Made by a program: the position numbers and the translations under genes. A DNA stretch of 64,000 nucleotides. Origin: an uncultured Bacteroidales bacterium (lineage in GTDB: Bacteria; Bacteroidota; Bacteroidia; Bacteroidales; UBA932). Shown here one piece after another: positions 10,183 through 21,600 of this stretch. Each line of letters begins with the position of its first letter. The first letter of the stretch is position 1. Location of the stretch: NCBI GenBank assembly GCA_900318445.1, contig ONKO01000005.1, forward strand, positions 31,631 to 95,630. Reading direction: 5' to 3'. The notes under the pieces are model-generated. The model was not told the DNA's origin, ran no database searches, and worked only from the letters and a program-made list of their open reading frames with translations.

Positions 10183-11198
10183 AGCACGTTCACCTTAACG
10201 CCGTCTCTCAGGAGGGCCTGTCCTTTGACCACCACGGTGGCACCTTCTTCCAGGCCGGAGAGGATCTCATATTCTGCGCCGATATGGCGGCCGATGGTAA
10301 CAGGCAGATAGCTCACGGTTCCATCGGCCTGCAATGCGAAGATGAAGCGGGTGCCGGTGCCCTCCTGCTTGACAAGGGCGCGGTCCGGGACGATGACGCT
10401 GCGGCGCGTGCCGAAGTTCACGGTGACGCGGGCATACATGCCGGGGCGGAGGGCCTTGTCAGAATTGGCCACGGACACTTCGGCCTTGAACGTATGCGTG
10501 GCGGGGTCGATGGTAGGATAGAGGCGCTCCACCTTGCCCGTGAACTCACGGCCGGGGATGGCGTCTACGGTCAGTTTGACGTTGTCACCTTTCTTGATCT
10601 TGGTGTACTCGCTCTCGCTGATACCCACGAGCAGTTTCACGGGCAGCACCTGCTGCACCACGAACAGGGGGGCGCTCATGCCGAACATGTCGCCGGCGTC
10701 AAAGTTGCGGGCCGATACAAAACCGTTGATGGGGCTGCGGAGGATGGTGTTCTCCCGGAGGTTGTCCAGGTTGGACTTGCGTACCTTGTAGCCCAGTTCG
10801 GCGGCCTCGAAGTCGCTCTGGGAAACGGCGCCCTCTGCGTAGAGGCTCTTCAGGCGCTCATACTCGATTTCGTCGTTCTTGACCTGAAGCTCCAGCTGGT
10901 CCAGCTGCAGGCGGTCCATCTCGGCCAGGACCTGGCCCTTCACTACATAGTCTCCCACTTCCACATTGATCTTGCGGATGCGGCCGCCCTGCTGGGGCAT
11001 GATATTGTTGACGGCCCAGGCCTGGACGGTGGACGCATAGGATACTTCCATCGGCACGTCGCGAACAGCAGCCTTGGCCACTTCTACGTTAGGGACAACC
11101 TCCTCGGTGGAGGCTGCGCCGGTATTCTGGCTGCTATTGCCGCAGGAAGCGGCAGCAATGGCCAGAGCGGCGATCATTGCAATTTTCGTCGTTTTCAT
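10179..11198 (-). CDS. RND periplasmic adaptor (MFP) lipoprotein
   Basis: Lipobox AASC, lipoyl/hairpin pattern, LRPGMYARV. Confidence 0.93.
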   Translation of the reverse strand: MKTTKIAMIAALAIAAASCGNSSQNTGAASTEEVVPNVEVAKAAVRDVPMEVSYASTVQAWAVNNIMPQQGGRIRKINVEVGDYVVKGQVLAEMDRLQLDQLELQVKNDEIEYERLKSLYAEGAVSQSDFEAAELGYKVRKSNLDNLRENTILRSPINGFVSARNFDAGDMFGMSAPLFVVQQVLPVKLLVGISESEYTKIKKGDNVKLTVDAIPGREFTGKVERLYPTIDPATHTFKAEVSVANSDKALRPGMYARVTVNFGTRRSVIVPDRALVKQEGTGTRFIFALQADGTVSYLPVTIGRHIGAEYEILSGLEEGATVVVKGQALLRDGVKVNVL

Positions 11199-11208
11199 AT
11201 ATCGTCTT

Positions 11209-12723
11209 CTATTTTTCTTCGGTGAAATCGTAACCCAGCGTCTGCTCCAGGCCGGCCTTGGCCACTACGAAACTGTAGACGGCCTGCGCAGCCTGCAAAC
11301 GGGTCTGGGTGAGGGTGAGCTCGGTGTTGTTGAGGTCCGTGAGGGTGCTCTTTCCCACCTCGAAGCTCTTGGAGGCAATGTCGTAGGCTTTCTCGGCGCT
11401 TTTCATGGCCTGGGAAGCCGCCTCATAGGTTTTCATGGCCGTATCCATGGTGGACAGGCTCTGGCGGATGCCGATGCGCAGCTGACGCTCGGCGTTCTCC
11501 CGCTGGAGAGCCAGCTGATCGGCCTGCACGCGCGTCTGCTTGATGGTGTGATAGCGCTGTCCGCCGCTGAAGATGGGGATGCTCAGGGAGAGGGCGAGGG
11601 TGCTGGAGGGCAGCCATTTCCACTGGCTCAGGTTGAACTTGTCGCTCTGTGTGTAGTAGTTGTAGCTCACCTGCATGGCCAGCGAGGGAAGATAGGCATA
11701 CTGCTGCATGCGAATCTGCTTGGCCAGCATCTCGGCCTGCGAGGAGAGCTGACGCAGCTGGGTATTGCGGTCCAGGGAGGCCTCGGCGCCCTCGTTGAGG
11801 TCATAGAACATGTGCTCCGCATAATCTTCGAGCTTGCCTTCCACGTCTACGGCACGGTCCAGATCCAGTCCCATGACAGCCTTCAGCTGCCAGAGGCCCA
11901 GGTAGATGGAGTTCTCGGCGTTGTAGAGGTTGGGGATGGCTGCGGCCAGGGTGCTCTGGGCACGGGCCAGGTCCATCTCGGAGGCCTTGCGGGCGTTGTA
12001 ACGGTTCTCGGTGAGCTTGTAGTTCTGGACGGCGTTCTCGTAAACGGCGTTGTACACGTCATAGGAGGCCTTGGCCATGAGCACGGCGAAGTAGGCCTGC
12101 TTGACGCTGGCCACGGTTCCCAGACGGGATTCGCGGGCCTTTTCCACGGCCAGTTCCACCTGGTCGCCGGTAATCCGGAGGCTTTCCCACAGCTGGAAGT
12201 TCACCAGTGGCATGCTGGCGCTGAGGCCCAGCTGTACCTGGTTGCGGCGGCCCATCTCGATGGGGTCGCTGGAAGAGGACTGGGTGCTGGGGTCGGGCTG
12301 GGGAGCCACGTACGGGACAAAGGGCGTATTTGTAGCAGTGTAGAGCTGCTGGATGTAATACATGATGGGCTCGAAGGCGCTGGTGAACATGGAGGCCATG
12401 CCGCCGCCGGAAGAAGAGCCGGAACTTTCATCATCCGAGCCGAAGAATACCTTCTGCTTCTGGATGGCATAACTGTAGAGGCCAGAGGCGTTGATCTGGG
12501 GGAACAGGGCGCCATACGAACCTTTTTGCGCGTACTTGGTACGCTGCACTTCCATATCGGCCACTTTCACCGATGTATTCTCGGAAAGGGCTATCTTGAG
12601 GGCGTCGTCCAGGGAGAGCACCAGCGTGCTGTCATTTACGGGACGTTCCTGCCCTGAAAACTGCGCCCATGCGGCCGAAGGAATCAGCAGCGAGAGCGCC
12701 AAAGCTACGTTTTTAAGACTCAT
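11209..12723 (-). CDS. TolC-family outer membrane protein
   Basis: LSLDDALKIAL, two OEP repeats; first gene of the RND operon; likely start MSLKN at 12723. Confidence 0.9.
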   Translation of the reverse strand: MSLKNVALALSLLIPSAAWAQFSGQERPVNDSTLVLSLDDALKIALSENTSVKVADMEVQRTKYAQKGSYGALFPQINASGLYSYAIQKQKVFFGSDDESSGSSSGGGMASMFTSAFEPIMYYIQQLYTATNTPFVPYVAPQPDPSTQSSSSDPIEMGRRNQVQLGLSASMPLVNFQLWESLRITGDQVELAVEKARESRLGTVASVKQAYFAVLMAKASYDVYNAVYENAVQNYKLTENRYNARKASEMDLARAQSTLAAAIPNLYNAENSIYLGLWQLKAVMGLDLDRAVDVEGKLEDYAEHMFYDLNEGAEASLDRNTQLRQLSSQAEMLAKQIRMQQYAYLPSLAMQVSYNYYTQSDKFNLSQWKWLPSSTLALSLSIPIFSGGQRYHTIKQTRVQADQLALQRENAERQLRIGIRQSLSTMDTAMKTYEAASQAMKSAEKAYDIASKSFEVGKSTLTDLNNTELTLTQTRLQAAQAVYSFVVAKAGLEQTLGYDFTEEK

Positions 12724-12794
12724 ATAACCAACTAACATAAGACGCGATTGTACTACAACAATCGCGCCACTAGCAGTCAGCTAATTAAAAATTT

Positions 12795-13631
12795 TTATTT
12801 TCTGTGAACAGCCTGTGCAGGAAGCCTTTTCGTGAAGGCATAAACCAGGAAACCGATGCCCAGAAGGACAAAGGGAATGCTCAGGATCTGGCCCATGTTC
12901 AGGAGCATGTCGGCCTCGAAATCTACCTGGTCGTTCTTGACGAACTCGATGAGGAAACGGCTGCCGAAGCACACGATGAGGAAGATGCCCACAAAGGTTC
13001 CGCGGTACATCTTGTCCAGCTTCTTCCAGTACAGGGCCATGAGCACCAGGCCCAGCAGCAGATAGGTTCCGGCCTCATAGAGCTGGGTGGGATGGCAGGG
13101 AACGGTTTCGCCGTTGCGCTGGAACACAAAACCCCAGGGCAGGTCCGTGGGACCGCCGTAAATTTCCGAATTGAAGAGGTTTCCGAGGCGGATGAAGCAG
13201 GCAGCGAAGGATACCGGAATTACCAGATGGTCCAGCACCCACACAAAGTCGAAGTCGTTTCGGGGGCCGTACTTCTTTGCATACCACCAGATGCCGATAA
13301 GGAGGGCGATGGTGCCGCCGTGACTGGCCAGGCCGCCCTTCCAGGGCATGAAGATTTCCAGGAAGCCCTGCAGGCTGCCGAAATAATAGTCCGGCTGATA
13401 AAAGATGACATGTCCCAGGCGGGCGCCCACGATGGTGCAGATCAGGAGCATGTACAGCATGGGATCCAGGAGGTTCTCTCCGATTCTTTCCCGGCGGAAG
13501 AAACTTCTCATGATGTACCAGCCCAGGATGAAGCCGCTCACAAACAAAAGAGAGTACCATCTGAGTTCAAATCCGCCGATGTGCAGGATGGCGGGATCCA
13601 CGTTCCAATTCACAGAGAGAAGTTCCATCAT
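12795..13631 (-). CDS. lgt: prolipoprotein diacylglyceryl transferase
   Basis: GARLGHV, GGLASHGG, IRLGNLFNSE, HPTQLYE, RFLIEFVK. Confidence 0.95.
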   Translation of the reverse strand: MMELLSVNWNVDPAILHIGGFELRWYSLLFVSGFILGWYIMRSFFRRERIGENLLDPMLYMLLICTIVGARLGHVIFYQPDYYFGSLQGFLEIFMPWKGGLASHGGTIALLIGIWWYAKKYGPRNDFDFVWVLDHLVIPVSFAACFIRLGNLFNSEIYGGPTDLPWGFVFQRNGETVPCHPTQLYEAGTYLLLGLVLMALYWKKLDKMYRGTFVGIFLIVCFGSRFLIEFVKNDQVDFEADMLLNMGQILSIPFVLLGIGFLVYAFTKRLPAQAVHRK

Positions 13632-13639
13632 ATAAAAAT

Positions 13640-13666
13640 AGTCGGGCCCCTTGGAGAGCCCGACTA
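13640..13666 (-). terminator. probable intrinsic terminator after pgk
   Basis: TAGTCGGGC...GCCCGACTA stem followed by a T-run on the minus strand. Confidence 0.55.
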
Positions 13667-13685
13667 CAAATATAGCAATAAATTT

Positions 13686-14939
13686 TTACTCCTGGATAGC
13701 GGCAATGCCGGGGAGCACCTTGCCCTCGATGGCTTCCAGCATGGCGCCACCGCCGGTGGAGACGTAGCTCACCTTGTCGGCATAGCCCATCTGGGTAACG
13801 GCAGCGACGGAGTCACCGCCACCCACCAGGGTGTAAGCGCCGTTCTTGGTGGCCTCGGCCAGGTCTTCGGCAATCTGGAGGGTACCCTTTGCGAAGTTAG
13901 GCAGCTCGAACACGCCCACGGGACCGTTCCAGAGGATGGTCTTGGAAGAGAGGATGATCTTCTTCCAGTTCTCCAGGGAAGCGGGACCGGCGTCCATGCC
14001 TTCCCACTCGGGATCGATATCGTGCGTGGAGAAGATGCGCTGGGGGGTGTCGTTCTCAAACTTCTGGCCGGCGACGGTCTCAACGGAGAGGGAAACGTTC
14101 ACGCCCTTTTCCTTGGCGGTCTTCAGGATTTCGAGTGCATCGGGGATGAGCTCGTCCTCGTGGAGGGACATGCCGATGTTACCGCCCTGGGCCTTGATGA
14201 AGGTGTAGCCCATACCGCCACCGATGATGAGGTTGTCCACCTTGCCTACGAGGTTCTTCAGGACAGCCAGCTTGGAGCTCACCTTGGAACCGCCGATGAT
14301 AGCGGTGAGGGGGCGCTGGGCATTCTTGAGCACGTTGTCGATAGCCTTGATCTCACCTTCCATGAGGTAGCCGAACATCTTGTCGTTCGGGAAGTACTCG
14401 GCGATGAGGGCGGTGGAAGCGTGAGCACGGTGAGCCGTACCGAAAGCATCGTTGATGTAGCAGTCGGCATAGCTGGCGAGCGTCTTGACGAACTCCTTCT
14501 GGGAAGCCTTCACGGCAGCCTTGGCGGCCTTCTTCTCCTCGTCGGAGGCGTCGTCGGCCAGGCCGCGGGGTTTGCCTTCTTCCTCGGCGTAGTAACGCAG
14601 GTTCTCGAGGAGGAGGGCCTCGCCGGGCTTCAGGGCATCGGCCTGGGCCTTAGCCTTCTGGCAGTCATCGGCGAACTGGACGGGAACGCCCAGGCACTCG
14701 CTCACGCGGGCCACGATGTGCTTCAGGGAGAACTTGGGATCTACCTTCTTGGGACGGCCCAGGTGGGACATGATGATGACGGAACCACCTTCGGCGAGCA
14801 CCTTCTTGAGGGTGGGCATGGCACGGCGGATACGGGTGTCATCGGTGATTTCGAAATTCTCGTTCAGGGGAACGTTGAAGTCTACGCGTACGATGGCTTT
14901 CTTGCCTTTGAAGTCGTACTTGTCAATGAATTGTTGCAT
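13686..14939 (-). CDS. pgk: phosphoglycerate kinase
   Basis: [38 protein letters not shown]. Confidence 0.97.
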   Translation of the reverse strand: MQQFIDKYDFKGKKAIVRVDFNVPLNENFEITDDTRIRRAMPTLKKVLAEGGSVIIMSHLGRPKKVDPKFSLKHIVARVSECLGVPVQFADDCQKAKAQADALKPGEALLLENLRYYAEEEGKPRGLADDASDEEKKAAKAAVKASQKEFVKTLASYADCYINDAFGTAHRAHASTALIAEYFPNDKMFGYLMEGEIKAIDNVLKNAQRPLTAIIGGSKVSSKLAVLKNLVGKVDNLIIGGGMGYTFIKAQGGNIGMSLHEDELIPDALEILKTAKEKGVNVSLSVETVAGQKFENDTPQRIFSTHDIDPEWEGMDAGPASLENWKKIILSSKTILWNGPVGVFELPNFAKGTLQIAEDLAEATKNGAYTLVGGGDSVAAVTQMGYADKVSYVSTGGGAMLEAIEGKVLPGIAAIQE

Positions 14940-15047
14940 AAGTTGTATGTGTGTGTAAAAACTTTCGAGCCCACAAAGTTAGCAATCTTTGCCCGATTTT
15001 CAAAAAGGGCTTTCCTTGGCAATATTCCCCCTTTTCGCGAATATTCA

Positions 15048-15137
15048 TAACGCGCTGTCAGCCAATGCTTTAAGTTTTTCTCTTTCGGCTGTTCTGCCTA
15101 AAGAGGATCCGTGGCAGCATTGACAATCAGAGGTTTA
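15048..15137. repeat. 90-bp dyad-box/palindrome element, core type A (copy 1)
   Basis: TAAcgcgcTGTCAGCCAatgctTTA + 40-bp core containing CTCTTTCGGC..GCCTAAAGAG + ggcagcatTGACAATCAgaggtTTA. Confidence 0.8.
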
Positions 15138-15209
15138 CAAAGATTCGCCCATTGACCGTGCCGGAGCTCTTTCTCCAAAAATGACTATCTTTGCAAAAAT
15201 TTTGGAGCT

Positions 15210-16157
15210 ATGGCAGTGGAATTCCCCGCAAATTATTGGAAAGATTACGAGCTTCTGGACAGCGGCAACGGCGAAAAGCTGGAGCGCTTTGGCAAGTACG
15301 TGCTGCGCAGGCCGGAGCCCAAGGCTCTGTGGACGCCGTCCATGAGCGAGGCCGATTGGAAACGCCTCCTGCACGTAACCTTCCAGCCCGGTGCCGGCTT
15401 TGGCAAGGCGGGCAAGGAGGACAGCGGCACATGGAACAAGTCTAAGCGCATGGACGACCAGTGGAGCATTGCCTACAACGGTGCCCCGGATCCGGAGACG
15501 CACGCTGCCAGCGACCTGCACATTGCCCTCAGGCTGGGGCTCACCTCCTTCAAGCACGTGGGTGTGTTCCCCGAGCAGGCCCCCAACTGGGAGTTTATCT
15601 TCAAGGAGACCAGCCGCCTCGCCCGCATCCACAAGGCCAACGGTCTCCCGGCCCCCAAGGTGCTCAACCTCTTTGCCTACACGGGAGCCGCATCGCTTGC
15701 CGCCAAATGCGCCGGGGCCGATGTCACCCACCTGGACTCCGTGCGCCAGGTAGTCACCTGGGCCCGCGAGAACATGGAGCGCAGCGGCCTGGACGGCGTG
15801 CGCTGGGTGGTGGAAGATGCCCTCAAGTTCGCTAAGCGCGAAGCCAAACGCGGCAACAAGTACGATGGCATCATCCTGGATCCCCCTGCCTACGGCCACG
15901 GCCCCGACGGCGAAAAGTGGAAACTGGACGAGCTCCTCTTCGGCCTGCTCCAGAATGTATCGGCCATCCTCAGCGAGCGCGACGCCTTCATGGTCCTTAA
16001 CCTCTACTCCAACGGCTACAGTGCCGCCCTCGGCGAAACCGTCGTGCGCGAAGCCTTCAAGGGCCAGTTCAAGGAAATGACCTCCGGCGAGCTCGCCTTC
16101 AACGACTCCTTCGGCAAGGTGATGCCCCTGAGCATCTACGTACGCCTCAAGCGATAG
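15210..16157 (+). CDS. class I SAM-dependent methyltransferase (RlmI/RlmK-like)
   Basis: YELLDSGNGEKLERFG, VLNLFAYTG, IILDPPAYG; -7 box TATCTTTG at 15186-15193. Confidence 0.85.
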   Translation: MAVEFPANYWKDYELLDSGNGEKLERFGKYVLRRPEPKALWTPSMSEADWKRLLHVTFQPGAGFGKAGKEDSGTWNKSKRMDDQWSIAYNGAPDPETHAASDLHIALRLGLTSFKHVGVFPEQAPNWEFIFKETSRLARIHKANGLPAPKVLNLFAYTGAASLAAKCAGADVTHLDSVRQVVTWARENMERSGLDGVRWVVEDALKFAKREAKRGNKYDGIILDPPAYGHGPDGEKWKLDELLFGLLQNVSAILSERDAFMVLNLYSNGYSAALGETVVREAFKGQFKEMTSGELAFNDSFGKVMPLSIYVRLKR

Positions 16158-16162
16158 CTGCA

Positions 16163-16252
16163 TAATCGGCTAATTACCAGCACACTAAAAAAATCTCTTT
16201 AGGCTGTTCGGCCTAAAGAGATTTTTCAATAACGCTGATAATCAACTAGTTA
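16163..16252. repeat. 90-bp element, core type A (copy 2)
   Basis: TAAtcggcTAATTACCAgcacaCTA + core AAAATCTCTTTAGGC-TGTTCG-GCCTAAAGAGATTTT + aataacgcTGATAATCAactagTTA. Confidence 0.88.
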
Positions 16253-16265
16253 CAAAGATTCGAGA

Positions 16266-18668
16266 TTACTTGAGCGCCTTCCCGATCTGGACAGCGATGG
16301 ACTGCCAGTGAGCCTGTGTGGCGGGGTCGGAGGACTTGGCCTTGGCGGCCTTCTTCTGGATGGCGAGGAGCTCGCCCAGAATGAGGGCACGGCTGGAGTA
16401 GTTTCTGTAGGCGTCGGAGTTCACCACGGTAATGGCTACGGCCACAAAGCGGTTCTGGAGATAGCGGCGGTAGCTGGAAACCTTGCCGCCCTTCTCAAGC
16501 TCCGTGAACACCATGCCGTGCAGGTCCTTCATGTACTCTTCGGGGCTGTAATTGCCGGCCGATGCCTGCGCAAACTGGCCCATGCGGTCCATGCGGATGG
16601 GACTGAGGAGGAAACCCGCACCCACTACATTATTAATAATAGGATAGAGCTCCTTTTCGGGGCTGTCGGTAAGGTTGAAAACATAGGGCTGCTCCACCAG
16701 CCAGGAAGGACGCGTGAACACGCGGGCATTCAGGAACTCCAGGCACTTTTTCTGGTGCTCCCGGGGGACGGGGGCGTATTTGGGACCGGCCTGCTCCACG
16801 CTCTTATTCGTAATGTAACGGCCGCCGATGTTCTGGGCCACATGCCCCATGTAGCGTCCGTACTGGGACACCACGGCGTCGTACATCCGGTTCAGGTTGG
16901 TATACATATTGGCCTCCTCGGTATTCCAGGCAGGAAGCTGGCCGATGATGCGCTGAAGGTTCAGGATACCATACTCGCTGGCCGCCACGGCATCGTCTCC
17001 GAGGTCTTCGCTCTGGGCGCGGGGATCCTGGTCGTTGCCCTCACCGCCAAACCACAGGCGCGGCTCGGCCTCCAGGCGGGCGATGATCTCCTTGTTCCAC
17101 CACAGGTGATCTTCCTTGGGATCGGAGATGTACGTGGGCTTGTAACCATACTCGATGGCCCACTTGTCATAGAGGTTGATGCGGGGATACAGACCGGCCT
17201 TTTCAATATGGTCTTCGGGCTGGGCCACATAGTTGAAGCGGGCATAGTCCATGATACTCACGGTGTGGCCGTTTTCCTCCACCCAGGCCTTGTCGCGCAG
17301 TTTCTCCACGGGAGTAAAGCTGGATGAACCCTTGTTGTGGCGGAGGCCCAGCGTATGGCCCACCTCATGGGAAGAAACAAAGCGGATGAGGTCTCCCATG
17401 AGTTCGTCGGAGAAGCGGAAGCTGCGGGCGCGGGGATCCACGGCGGCAGCCTGCACCTGATACCAGTCATGCACCAGCGTCATTACATTGTGATACCAGC
17501 CGATGTGGCTTTCCAGGATTTCACCGCTGCGGGGATCGTGCACGTTGGGGCCGTAGGCATTGGCAATGGGGGAAGCCAGATAGCGGATGACGGAGAAACG
17601 CGCATCTTCCAGGCTCATGCCCAGTTCCTCGGCATTCTCCGGCCACTCCTCGGCACGGATGGCGTTCTTCCATCCGGCCTGCTCGAAGGCGACCTGCCAG
17701 TCATTGACACCGGCAATGAGGTACGGACGCCACCGCTTGGGCGTAGCGGGATCGATATAATAGACAATGGGCTTTACGGGCTCTACGAGCTCTCCCCTTT
17801 TCTGCTTTTCTACGTCCTCGGGACGGGCTTCCAGGCGCCAGCGGGTAATGTAGCGGACAGGCTCCACCCCCTGCTGGTCATCGGAGAAATGCGTATAGCC
17901 GCCGGCGAAGTAACCGACGCGGGCGTCGAACCAGCGCTGCTGCATGGGTACTTCCGGAAGCAGCAGGAAGGACGTATTGAGCACCATCGTAACCACGCCG
18001 GCCTCACGGCCCGCAGGAAGGCTGCCCGAACGGGCCGGACCGCCCTGATTGCCCTGCGGCTGGTTGTAGGCAAACGTCTTGGTCACCGTCACCTCCGTAT
18101 TGATGGGGTAGGTGCGCATGCTCCCGATGAAGCTGGCATCGGCCTTGATCCCGCCCAGATTGTACTGTTTCTTGGTGGCGGCGTTCAGGGAAAACACCTG
18201 AAGGTCTCCCTCGAACAGGCTGTTGGCCTTGATGCGGGTGGTGCCGGCCGATGCTTCCTTCTCGGGCTTGAAGGACGCCACAATGGGGTTCTCGGAGCTC
18301 ACGCGCACCGCCTGGGCGATGGCATCGGACTCGGGAGCCTCCACGTTGACGACGTCTACCCGGAGGAGGAGGTTGCCGTTAGGGGCCTTCTCCCAGTACA
18401 GCATGGCATCGTTCACCTCTTCACCGCCGTACTCGCCGGCACCCATGGTATTGGCGGCGAAACGCGTCACAGCCAGGATGCGGCGCCCGAGAAGGGTGTC
18501 GGGGATTTCCAGGAACCAGTCTTTCTCGTTGTGGGCAACGGAAAAAAGGCCCTGGCTGAACTCCAGCTTAACGGGAGCCTCTTTCTTTTCTTTTTCTTTC
18601 TCTTTCTCCTGGGCCGAAGCCGAAACGCAGAGGGCCAGGGAAAGAAGGAATAGCAGCGTTCGTTTCAT
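16266..18668 (-). CDS. secreted zinc metalloprotease (DUF5117/DUF4953, EcxA-like)
   Basis: HEVGHTLGLRH zinc motif, Met-turn SIMDY, DPRSGEI, signal peptide. Confidence 0.88.
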   Translation of the reverse strand: MKRTLLFLLSLALCVSASAQEKEKEKEKKEAPVKLEFSQGLFSVAHNEKDWFLEIPDTLLGRRILAVTRFAANTMGAGEYGGEEVNDAMLYWEKAPNGNLLLRVDVVNVEAPESDAIAQAVRVSSENPIVASFKPEKEASAGTTRIKANSLFEGDLQVFSLNAATKKQYNLGGIKADASFIGSMRTYPINTEVTVTKTFAYNQPQGNQGGPARSGSLPAGREAGVVTMVLNTSFLLLPEVPMQQRWFDARVGYFAGGYTHFSDDQQGVEPVRYITRWRLEARPEDVEKQKRGELVEPVKPIVYYIDPATPKRWRPYLIAGVNDWQVAFEQAGWKNAIRAEEWPENAEELGMSLEDARFSVIRYLASPIANAYGPNVHDPRSGEILESHIGWYHNVMTLVHDWYQVQAAAVDPRARSFRFSDELMGDLIRFVSSHEVGHTLGLRHNKGSSSFTPVEKLRDKAWVEENGHTVSIMDYARFNYVAQPEDHIEKAGLYPRINLYDKWAIEYGYKPTYISDPKEDHLWWNKEIIARLEAEPRLWFGGEGNDQDPRAQSEDLGDDAVAASEYGILNLQRIIGQLPAWNTEEANMYTNLNRMYDAVVSQYGRYMGHVAQNIGGRYITNKSVEQAGPKYAPVPREHQKKCLEFLNARVFTRPSWLVEQPYVFNLTDSPEKELYPIINNVVGAGFLLSPIRMDRMGQFAQASAGNYSPEEYMKDLHGMVFTELEKGGKVSSYRRYLQNRFVAVAITVVNSDAYRNYSSRALILGELLAIQKKAAKAKSSDPATQAHWQSIAVQIGKALK

Positions 18669-18672
18669 ATTA

Positions 18673-21600
18673 TTACTTTACTTCAAGTGTATCTTCACGT
18701 TCAAGGGCATACTCGCTGCCCGAAGCGGCGTGCAGGAGCTGCTCCAGGGCATCGACCATGGCCGTTCCCAGCGTCTTGTCTCCGTACTGCTTGCACACAT
18801 CGGCTACATAGAGGAGCACGCGGCTGGCGGTCTCGAATTCCTGCCGGCCCAGGCTTCCCCACTCCAGGAAGAAGCGGCTGGTCTCAAGGAGCTCATCTCC
18901 CATGCGGGTGGCCAGTTCGCGGGCTTTCCCGGATTCTCCGAGATAGTAGTAGTTCTCAATGATCTGGGCCACCATGTAGTCGTTGCCGCTGAAGCCCACG
19001 GAAATGCTCTCCAGCGGGAAGTTCTCCTCAGGGAAGACCTCCTGGCACATATCCAGCATTTCCAGGGCCTTCTCCGTCTCACCGGCATCGATGAGCGCGT
19101 TGGAAACGGTCAGGAACAGCTGACGCTGGGAAAGCACGCCCAGGAAGGTGTACATATTCTGATAGTCCACAAAATAGTCCTTCCGCTTCAGGGCATCCCA
19201 CTTGTAGACCGTCTTCATCTTCTCATATAGGCCGATGGCATCCACCCTGCCGGCATCCGTAGAGCTCACCTTGTTGCGGATGGGCGTAAAGCGGTAGGAG
19301 AAGCCGTCATACATGAGGTAATCCTTGATTCCCACGTTGAGGTCTCCGCCCATGTTGAGCAGATTGAGCGGACGGTCCCACTCATAGTTGGACAGCAGGT
19401 CCAGCATGAAGAGTTCCGGCTTGGAAATGTAGTTCTTGTCCTTGGAGATGGTGAGCGTGATGCTGTCGGGAATCTCGGAGGCAAATTCCTCAGGGACAAT
19501 ACCGTATTTGATGCAATTCTCCCTGTTTACGGGAATTACCAGGTTGCGGGCGCAGATGAAATCCAGCTTGAGCCCGTTTTCGAGGGCCACCTTCATCTTG
19601 GGGTCGCGGAACACGTCCATGACGTCTGACAGCAGCATGGGAGATCCGTCGTCGTAGGCAATGTACACGAACTCGTTGGTTCCGTACAGATACTGACGGG
19701 CCGGCACCTTGAGCGGCAGCGGAGCGCTCTCGTTGCATGCCCACTTCATCTGGTCAATGTACCAGTCGGTTCCGAGCAGGGACGTATTCACCACGCGGAC
19801 ATCCGTGCGGATTCCTTCAATCTCCTGCGCATACCACAGCGGGAAAGTATCGTTGTCTCCATGGGTGACGAGCATGCCGTTTTTCCCCACCGAATTGAGG
19901 TAGTTGAAGGCCATCTCGGGGGCCGTGTACCGATGCGAACGGTCGTGGTCGTCCCAGTTCTGGGCGGCCATGAGGGCCGGAACGCCCAGGCACAGCACGG
20001 AAACGCCGCAGGCGACGGCCTTCGCCGGCACCTTCTTCATGAAGGCCGATGCCGACAGCCACTCGTGGAGCGCCACCACGCCCAGGCCGATCCAGATGGC
20101 GAACATATAGAACGAGCCCGCATAGGCATAGTCGCGTTCCCGCACCTGGTACGGAGGCTGGTTGAGGTACAGCACGATGGCGATGCCCGTCATGAAGAAC
20201 ATGAGAAACACAAGCCAGCTGCCGCGCTTGTCCCGGTCAAACTGGAACACCAGGCCCAGCAGGCCCAGCAGCAGCGGCAGGAAGAAATAGTGGTTCTTGC
20301 CCTTGTTGCCGGCCAGCGGAGAAGGAGCGTCGGACTGGTCTCCGAGGCGCACGGCGTCCAGGAAGCCGATACCGCTTTCCCAGTTGCCGTAGAAAACGTT
20401 CCCGGGCACCGGGGAATGGATGTCGTTCTGGCGCCCCACGAAGTTCCACATGAAATAGCGCCAGTACATCCAGTTGAGCTGATAGTCAAAGAAGTAGGCC
20501 AGATTGGCCCCGAAGGTGGGCTTGCGGTGGGTAGCCCCCTTCACGCGCGTGCCCTTTCCCTGCGTGTAAGACTCGTAGAAATCGACGAAGCGGGGATCGG
20601 CCGATGACCACATGCGGGGGAACAGCATCTTGCCCTCCGGGCGGTAGGCGGCATCGGCGGGGGCATCGGCCTTCACGTACTTGCCGTCCAGCGGAGCCCA
20701 GTACTTGTCCTGCGTGAGGTCGTAGGGCGCGTCGAAGTACTGGCCGTAGAGAAGCGGCGTGGAGCCGTACTGCTCGCGGCTGAGGTAACGCACCAGCGTA
20801 TACGGGTTATCGGGCTGATACTCGTTGGTGGGCGTTTTCACGCTGGAGCGGATGATCACGATGGAGAACAGCGAGAAGCCGATGACCAGCGTGGTCACGC
20901 ACAGGGTGACGGTATTCCAGAACACCTTTCCGCTGCGGAGGGTGGAGAACAGCGCCCAGAAGCACAGGCCCAGGAGGGCCACCATGAAAAAGACGGCGCC
21001 GCTGTTGTACGGCAGGCCAAAGCCGTTCACGAAGATGCGGTCAAAGAAGGCCGCCAGCTTGGGAAGGTACGGAATGAACAGGTAAACGAGGAGGAACTCG
21101 ATGACAACGCCGATAGAAAAGATGCCCGCCAGCTTCCCGAAGGAGAGCTTGCGTCCCTCGTTCATGCGATAGTAGTACATGAACACGAAGGCCGGGATGG
21201 TAAGGAGGTTCAGAAGATGAACGCCGATGGACAGACCCATCAGGAAGGCGATGAGCACGATCCAGCGGTTGGCGTGCGGCTCGTCGGCGGTCTCATACCA
21301 GCGGCACATGGCCCAGAACACCAGCGCGGTGAACAGCGAGCTCATGGCATACACTTCGCCTTCCACGGCACTGAACCAGAACGTGTCGGAGAAGCAGTAG
21401 GCCAGCGCTCCCACGGCGCCTGCGCCAAAGATGGCAATCGCCTTGGAAAAGCTGATGGCCGATACCCCGTCCTCCGGGGCCTCGGCCTTTTTTATTGCCC
21501 CGGAGGAAGGGGCATCGGCCAGAAGCCGTTGTGCGAAGAACACGATGGTCAGGTACAGGAACATGACCGTGAGCGCACTGAGCAGGGCGTTCATGGCATT

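Noticed and set aside
12741-12768. Hairpin GCGATTGT..ACAATCGC and CGTCTTA upstream of the TolC operon as an ECF promoter or operator
   Set aside because: No AAC -35 element at the right spacing; cannot be distinguished from a weak lgt terminator.
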